Virus record (IMG/VR): IMGVR_UViG_3300044729_001198
Coordinates: 64,001-128,000 of that record
Length of the DNA stretch: 64,000 bases
DNA from: a virus
Strand: one strand, 5' to 3'
The notes beneath the pieces are model-generated. The model searched no databases and had not been told where the DNA came from. It worked only from the letters and a program-made list of their open reading frames with translations. This document shows positions 58,110-64,000 of the stretch, in pieces. The translations under genes were made by a program, and so were the position numbers. Each line of letters starts with the position of its first letter. The first letter of the stretch is position 1.

Positions 58110-59038
58110 AATATAGATTTTACCTTTTCTATAAATACAGACTCGGAGTATAATTGATTGTATAATTCTTTAGTTGACTCACTACACTCTTTGTAAAAGT
58201 CCCTATCAGATTTTAATTTGTTTGCTAATTCTTTTGCTGTGACTATATCACCACGTTCTACACTTAAATTTGGGTGTAGATATTTTTGCGTATTTACATC
58301 ATTGTATCCAATGCAAGGGATGCCTAAATACGAACAATTTAAAGGGAATTGTCCAGCAGACGCGGGATAACATTGTACAGCATATTTGTATTTTGATAAT
58401 TCAAACATAAAGTCAGACCACACCATCCATGGTAAATACTCAACTCCATTTTGTTCTTCTCCACTTTTAAACTTACCAGTTTTGTAGCCAACCATCGGTA
58501 AGTCAAACTCACAAGCTATAGACCAAGCGTCAAAACCACGATATGTACTTGTCCAATTCCCAGCAACAAATACTTTTTCTTCTTTTGTTTCAGATTGTCG
58601 TATTCCGTTATCAATCATTAACGTTGGTAAAACAAATGCAGGTTTATTAGTTACTCCTCCAAAAAAAGGAACATCAACATCGTTATGACACAAGACACCA
58701 TCGCTATCTATTAGTTGTTTATAAAACCAAGCCATAGATGTAAATGACTCATCTTGCCAGTCCCATTGAATACTTTCTTGCATCACATAAACTTTTCCAC
58801 AGAAAGGCTTTATTTTTTGAATTAAATCAACTTGATTTATAGCAAGATGCTCTCTATTCTTTTCTTTTGGTATAATCACAATACCAACATCTATGAAATA
58901 TGGAATTTCCGGCGTATTAAAGATTGGGATGTGAATTGCATCTAAAGCACATACCCAAGCTTGGTCAGTTCTCATATTTGGATTATTTCGTGGAACTTTT
59001 CCAAAGTAACCACCTTCAGTAAAAAATGCTATTTTCAT
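58106..59038 (-). CDS. putative GT-B glycosyltransferase
   Basis: C-terminal AGQFPLNCSYLGIPCIG resembling GT4 core; cluster context. Confidence 0.55.
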   Translation of the reverse strand: MKIAFFTEGGYFGKVPRNNPNMRTDQAWVCALDAIHIPIFNTPEIPYFIDVGIVIIPKEKNREHLAINQVDLIQKIKPFCGKVYVMQESIQWDWQDESFTSMAWFYKQLIDSDGVLCHNDVDVPFFGGVTNKPAFVLPTLMIDNGIRQSETKEEKVFVAGNWTSTYRGFDAWSIACEFDLPMVGYKTGKFKSGEEQNGVEYLPWMVWSDFMFELSKYKYAVQCYPASAGQFPLNCSYLGIPCIGYNDVNTQKYLHPNLSVERGDIVTAKELANKLKSDRDFYKECSESTKELYNQLYSESVFIEKVKSIL

Positions 59039-59604
59039 ATGTGTTGTAATGTAGTGTAATAATTTGTAACATTCGGATGAAAGTAACTAACTTTACAATC
59101 AAATAAGGATTCATCGAGATATACAACTCCACCACAACCACTTATATATTCGGTTGCTGAAAAATGTTTACATATGTCTGCAAGCCGTTGTGAGCTTGAC
59201 GATGTGATTCCTAACTCTGATGACCTGACCATGGGTGTTGTTATACCCAATGCAGTTCTACAATATTCAATACTAGCAATGTTTACGTCAACGAGAGAAG
59301 TGTGTGAGTATATATCTGAAAAGTCTATTCCAAAATTGGTTTGTAACTTATTTAGGATTACACGTTTCCATTTTGGATTTTGACTAACGAAAATATCCTT
59401 GATTAGTTTTGAATTTGCGTGTTGTTCCAACTCAATAGTAAACCATTCATCTACACCATTTTTATTAAGAAACTTATTTCGATTCTGAAAGTTATTTTTT
59501 GTGTATTGAACATCGTCTAAAATTACAAATAAGTCAGCCGATTCCATTTTTTGAAAGAATCCCATGTAGGGGAAATGTTCAGGTTGATGTATTGTTATTT
59601 TCAT
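59035..59604 (-). CDS. WbqC-like protein
   Basis: IHQPEHFPYMGFF..DDVQY..FQNRN..YISGCGG..YL. Confidence 0.9.
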   Translation of the reverse strand: MKITIHQPEHFPYMGFFQKMESADLFVILDDVQYTKNNFQNRNKFLNKNGVDEWFTIELEQHANSKLIKDIFVSQNPKWKRVILNKLQTNFGIDFSDIYSHTSLVDVNIASIEYCRTALGITTPMVRSSELGITSSSSQRLADICKHFSATEYISGCGGVVYLDESLFDCKVSYFHPNVTNYYTTLQHI

Positions 59605-60194
59605 CGAGATAATACCATTAAAAAGTCAAATTTTGATTTGTGTATTAAGGTAACATTTTCAGTTACCGATAAGGCAATCTCTAATGTAGATGATGGTGAG
59701 AAATACTCAATATTAGTGCTTCTTATAGAAGCCCATGTGCTTGGAAAATTTACCATAACAACATCAGAACAATCATACATACATTGTAGATATTCTTTTA
59801 ATTTAGTTGGATGGTCAGCAGGTCCCCCTTGATTTCCAGCAACTCCAGATGAGATTGCTAAATCATACTTTTTGTTAATCTTTGATTCTAAAATATCCGA
59901 TACCTCAAACGAATGTTCTTTGTAATTTTCAGATGCAATTTTAACAAACTCATCATTTATATCAATACCATGATATGACTTACAATTATAACCAAAATCA
60001 AAGAAAGAACCCCAGCCACAACCAAATTCAATAATTGACTTATCCGAAAACGGAATAATTGAATTCATAGCATCATATCTAAACTTCGCAGAAGTGCCAT
60101 CAGCTGACCCCCATGTCAGAGACCTATAGTCTCCAACTCCATATGTTTTTAAAGACTCAGCGTACCAAGTCATCATTCTTTCACGTTGATTCAT
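59601..60194 (-). CDS. class I SAM-dependent methyltransferase
   Basis: IIEFGCGWG, YHGIDI. Confidence 0.85.
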   Translation of the reverse strand: MNQRERMMTWYAESLKTYGVGDYRSLTWGSADGTSAKFRYDAMNSIIPFSDKSIIEFGCGWGSFFDFGYNCKSYHGIDINDEFVKIASENYKEHSFEVSDILESKINKKYDLAISSGVAGNQGGPADHPTKLKEYLQCMYDCSDVVMVNFPSTWASIRSTNIEYFSPSSTLEIALSVTENVTLIHKSKFDFLMVLSR

Positions 60195-60196
60195 AT

Positions 60197-60883
60197 TTAA
60201 ACAATTATAGAAACCCAATCTACCTTACCAATATACGAATTAATTTTATAACATCCAAGCCCACCAACAATTTTATGTAAGGGAATGTATGGTTCTCGTT
60301 TAGAATGGTCGGTGAAATACATACCACGAAGCCACGAACTTTCATTACCAATTAAATTAACACCAGCGTTCTTTATTTCGTTTGCCAAATCCACTCTCTT
60401 TATAAGATTAGATTGAATTGTTGGTTTTAACTCATCAAACGTATATAGTGGTAAATCCATCATTTTATTTGAAAATACAAACCCACCTCTACCAAAGTTT
60501 AACCATTTGGATTTATTTGTAGATGAGACCACAATGTCAGCATATTTACCCAACCCAACCAGACCATGACATTGACTTAAATCTTCGATTATTTTTAAAG
60601 ACGTGTGTTCTCTTATGGTTTTAACATCAGCTCTGATACCAAACATATGTGGTATGATGATAGTATCATAGTCGTCAGCAACACTTAACACATCTTTGAC
60701 ATCAATTTGTAGGTCAAAATCACAATCAGACAAGTAGTAATCACAATTGGTTTGTGTAACTGCTGTCAATATGTCAGTGCAAGTGTAGGATGGTATAATT
60801 ACTTTTTTAGAATCTAACTCTTTCAAAGCAATTATTAAAGCATCCGTACCGGATTTAGTTTGATATGTATATTTTTTATACAT
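60197..60883 (-). CDS. truncated DegT/DnrJ/EryC1/StrS aminotransferase-like
   Basis: SGTDAL, PSYTC, HMFG, IIEDLSQCHG, K..GRGG; much shorter than typical. Confidence 0.75.
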   Translation of the reverse strand: MYKKYTYQTKSGTDALIIALKELDSKKVIIPSYTCTDILTAVTQTNCDYYLSDCDFDLQIDVKDVLSVADDYDTIIIPHMFGIRADVKTIREHTSLKIIEDLSQCHGLVGLGKYADIVVSSTNKSKWLNFGRGGFVFSNKMMDLPLYTFDELKPTIQSNLIKRVDLANEIKNAGVNLIGNESSWLRGMYFTDHSKREPYIPLHKIVGGLGCYKINSYIGKVDWVSIIV

Positions 60884-61533
60884 TAGCGAACAATTTTTAA
60901 AACATTAAACGCTTCAGCATATTTAACACCCGACTGACTACCTCTGAATTTTGCTAATGTTTCAAGATTGGATATCATATCAAATCCATGACATTTGAAT
61001 TTTTCTATCTGACTCCGGTGTTTTAGACACCCTTGAAGTTTGTAGTCAAATGACTCTGTGATATCAACATAATAGTTAGCTACAGGATATGTCGTAGTAA
61101 TTCTTGGAAGTGGGACTTGTTCATAACAAAGTACATTTTTAACCAAACGGCCAGCAGCCATTGTAGCAGAAAGAGTATTAATGTGGTCTTGATGAGTATC
61201 ACCACCCCAATGGGTATAGATAATATCTATATTACGTTCTTTAATGATTTTTTCAAGGAACGCTACTGATTGATTATCAAATGGAACTTTAGTATCTTGA
61301 AATGGTCCAAGAATTAATTCAGCACCAATTACATCAGCAGCCAATTTTGCTTCAATAATACTTTGAGAACTATCTCGTGTTACTTCTTGAGTATGAGCAT
61401 CTTTAACATCACTTTGGGTCATTACAACCATAGTCACATTATCACCATCATTGGTGTGTTTTTTTAGTGTGCCAAAACACCCAAATTCAATATCATCGGG
61501 ATGAGCACCGATTGCTAAAATATTATAAGACAT
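60883..61533 (-). CDS. PIG-L family deacetylase
   Basis: AHPDDIEFG, DTHQDH, KHRSQ, YAEAF. Confidence 0.93.
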   Translation of the reverse strand: MSYNILAIGAHPDDIEFGCFGTLKKHTNDGDNVTMVVMTQSDVKDAHTQEVTRDSSQSIIEAKLAADVIGAELILGPFQDTKVPFDNQSVAFLEKIIKERNIDIIYTHWGGDTHQDHINTLSATMAAGRLVKNVLCYEQVPLPRITTTYPVANYYVDITESFDYKLQGCLKHRSQIEKFKCHGFDMISNLETLAKFRGSQSGVKYAEAFNVLKIVR

Positions 61534-62488
61534 CTTTCCAACCTTTAAATTTATAATATGGGTGAAATAAATTAGCAAGATTTTGACTACTTGCTTCATA
61601 AGCCTTCTTATACCAAGAATGTTGTTCTCTTAACAAGCCCGTGTTTGTTGGGTCTATACCAACCTCACCTAAAACATTTTTACGCTTCGAATGGTGTTTT
61701 CTATTATGAACTAACAAAATATTTCTGATAACATATTGTGGTATATTACCCAACAATTTTTGGGTCATCATCATAAACGCGGTATCTTCATGTACAAAGA
61801 ACATACCTTTAGGAATATTAGCACCTGATTTGATAACTTCCGATGATATTACTAACCCACACCCGTTAAATTTATGTTGTGGTAAAACTACAACATCTAA
61901 ATTTTCAGTTTCTTCATTTATAGAATCCATTTCGGATTCAGACATGGTGTAGCGTAATGACCACCAATTTTCAGTATCACCTTCTATAAAAGGTTTGGTT
62001 GTGAATTTCGGATGTTCCAATAATTTCCAAGAATCATCCCACATTTTACACCCACCAAAGAACGAAAGGTATTTTGGAGTTTGGTCTTTAACTTGCTGAT
62101 GTAATTGGTCAAGTATAACGAACATTTGTTTTGGAGCCAGCATATCAGACTCACCCCAAATCAGAACATCAGCCGACTCACAATATCTTTCATTAAAATC
62201 CCTACGATAGTCTGCGATTGAATATAAGGTTGAGTGAGTTGTTATGTTTACAGAATAACCATCACGTTTCATATATTCAAATTCCGTGATTATTTTATTT
62301 AAAACCCATTCAAATTCATAATCTTTACCATCAAATTTTTCAAGAAGTTGATTTGTAATCAATGCAAAGTCTACTTGTACTTTTGATTTATCATACAATT
62401 TTATAGAAGAGCGAATTGATGAGATATACTCATCAATAATTTTCACCTCATACCATTGTACTAAACATCCTATAGCAAACTTTGTCAT
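61523..62488 (-). CDS. putative GT-A glycosyltransferase
   Basis: WGESD, NGCGLV, HEDT; cluster context. Confidence 0.5.
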   Translation of the reverse strand: MTKFAIGCLVQWYEVKIIDEYISSIRSSIKLYDKSKVQVDFALITNQLLEKFDGKDYEFEWVLNKIITEFEYMKRDGYSVNITTHSTLYSIADYRRDFNERYCESADVLIWGESDMLAPKQMFVILDQLHQQVKDQTPKYLSFFGGCKMWDDSWKLLEHPKFTTKPFIEGDTENWWSLRYTMSESEMDSINEETENLDVVVLPQHKFNGCGLVISSEVIKSGANIPKGMFFVHEDTAFMMMTQKLLGNIPQYVIRNILLVHNRKHHSKRKNVLGEVGIDPTNTGLLREQHSWYKKAYEASSQNLANLFHPYYKFKGWKDVL

Positions 62489-62997
62489 AGTATGTATCCC
62501 GTGTTTTCATCAAGAGCGAACCATGGTCTACCAACGTGTTCTGAAACTTTAATCATCAAAGCACGTTCTGTATGTCTATTTATATCATCAAATACCATTG
62601 GTACTGATGTATTAAACATATCAATGTGTTTTAAAAAACCACCTCGACCAAACATACCATTTGGACCATCTATTAGAATTAAATCATAATGTTCTGGCAA
62701 TTTACCAACTAACATTGAGGGGTCGTACCAACCAATTTGGCGTTCCGAATGTTCTCCTGGAAGTTCGGGAGAAGTCCACTCCGAATTGTAGTTTTTAATT
62801 GGAGCGTAAATGTACGTTGAGTCATATTTATCAATCCACTCTTTATAATTTTCAATTGAGTACATCGTATAGTGTCTACTCAAATAATCAGTACCAATAC
62901 CACTACCGAATTCTAATATAGTTTTACCCTCTGGTAAAATCTCTTTAATAAAATTGTAACAGGACTCTTGGATAGCCCATCCACCTAATTTACTCAT
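62485..62997 (-). CDS. class I SAM methyltransferase-like
   Basis: ILEFGSGIGT, LILIDGP, FDD. Confidence 0.75.
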   Translation of the reverse strand: MSKLGGWAIQESCYNFIKEILPEGKTILEFGSGIGTDYLSRHYTMYSIENYKEWIDKYDSTYIYAPIKNYNSEWTSPELPGEHSERQIGWYDPSMLVGKLPEHYDLILIDGPNGMFGRGGFLKHIDMFNTSVPMVFDDINRHTERALMIKVSEHVGRPWFALDENTGYIL

Positions 62998-63598
62998 GCC
63001 AAATAACTTTTGTAATTACACCTTCAAAATCTTCTAATATTCTAAATTGTTCATTGTAACGTCTACGTCCAAAATTGTGACCGACCCCATGCCCAATTCC
63101 TTTAACAAGTTCTATGTGGTTTTTGCTTAATGCCAAATCAACAGCACGTTTTACGTTTTCCCTATGAACATTACAACCATAATCATCAAACACAATATAA
63201 CATTCTGAAGAACAATTCATACCAACAGCACGATTCAAGTCTGATATTACTTGGTCATATTGATGACCAGCATCTATTAAGAAAACTGAAATCTCATCCT
63301 GTATGTTTAACAACTGATTTGAATATAAATCGAAATTATGATAAACTATATTCGTTCGGTCATTATTCAATTCCTTAGCAGATTCATTTTCATTATGGTT
63401 TATTGTATGAACTTTGTCAAATAAAAATGATAATATACGGGTAGTTTGTCCTTTATGAGTTCCAAACTCAACACATACTTTATCTTCAAATCCTTTAAAA
63501 AAGTCCCACAAATCAGTTTTGAATTTGAATGATGTGGTTGAGAGGTTCTGGTGTTTATCTTCACCAACCTCTATTAATAGTTCTTCAATTGTTTTCAT
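62990..63598 (-). CDS. Methyltransf_24-like methyltransferase
   Basis: VEFGTHKGQT, FLIDAGH.Y..V..D, IVFDDY. Confidence 0.85.
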   Translation of the reverse strand: MKTIEELLIEVGEDKHQNLSTTSFKFKTDLWDFFKGFEDKVCVEFGTHKGQTTRILSFLFDKVHTINHNENESAKELNNDRTNIVYHNFDLYSNQLLNIQDEISVFLIDAGHQYDQVISDLNRAVGMNCSSECYIVFDDYGCNVHRENVKRAVDLALSKNHIELVKGIGHGVGHNFGRRRYNEQFRILEDFEGVITKVIWHE

Positions 63599-64000
63599 AT
63601 AAATGTTTATAAGTTTTTTCAATCCAATATTGCGATGATGGTGGCGTACCAGCGTTGTAATGACTCACATACCCATAACGAGTATGTAACATATCATCAC
63701 CCAACACTTCAAATCGCATCATGTCTTGCATATTCCACTCGTAACCTAAAACTTTGTAGTCGTGTGGAATGTCACGATTTACAAAGAAGTTAAATACAGG
63801 TTGGTCGTTCCCAACACAATATGTATTTTGAACCCAAATCAATTTATCACGATTTTCTTGATAAAAATTATGGATTGATTTAAATAACTCTTTGTGTTTT
63901 TTGTTGAACACCATAACCCCTGAATTAAAATAATTGTAATAAGGGAATGTAAACCCATCAAACACAAACTTTGAATAGTTTTCAATACTACGACATACCC
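63585..64000 (-). CDS. GT8-like glycosyltransferase (5' end off window)
   Basis: YFNSGVMVFN, NDQPVFN, WN, HY; frame open to window edge. Confidence 0.8.
   Translation of the reverse strand, partial: VCRSIENYSKFVFDGFTFPYYNYFNSGVMVFNKKHKELFKSIHNFYQENRDKLIWVQNTYCVGNDQPVFNFFVNRDIPHDYKVLGYEWNMQDMMRFEVLGDDMLHTRYGYVSHYNAGTPPSSQYWIEKTYKHLYENN

Overview
A 64-kb slice of a large, AT-rich, lytic tailed-phage genome (jumbo/T4-like style). Every credible gene is on the minus strand. No integrase or CRISPR array was seen, and genes read in standard code 11. Host cues point to Bacteroidota: about 20 TTG/TTTG-N19-20-TAnnTTT(G/A) sigma-A type promoters, DUF4494, two type IX secretion (T9SS) sorting tails, Gln-after-cleavage signal peptides and D-(S/T) glycosylation sequons. 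Left to right: small hypotheticals, tRNA-Ile2, MoxR AAA + vWA pair, T9SS cargo, CysC/nucleotidyltransferase/DUF2061, a tRNA array (10.4-13.4 kb) mixing 8 normal tRNAs with 5 highly non-canonical tRNA-like RNAs and stem-closed spacer RNAs, many small early genes, dCMP deaminase, a repeat-rich non-coding region (25.2-26.0 kb), sulfotransferases, NUDIX, thioesterase, secreted nuclease, thyA, DnaJ-like, groEL, HNH, groES, ClpS, probable head-packaged proteins, an exported lectin/dockerin/cohesin/CsgG/T9SS operon, a lysis cassette directly downstream of a histidine kinase-receiver pair, and a glycan-modification cluster running off the right end. The best candidates for undescribed systems are (1) tRNA-Leu scaffolds carrying large folded inserts in place of an anticodon, (2) paired Gly-identity tRNA mimics with a rewired core, and (3) a phage-encoded cohesin-dockerin-lectin surface complex routed through host T9SS/CsgG. 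All family calls come from visual motif recognition; no database search was run.
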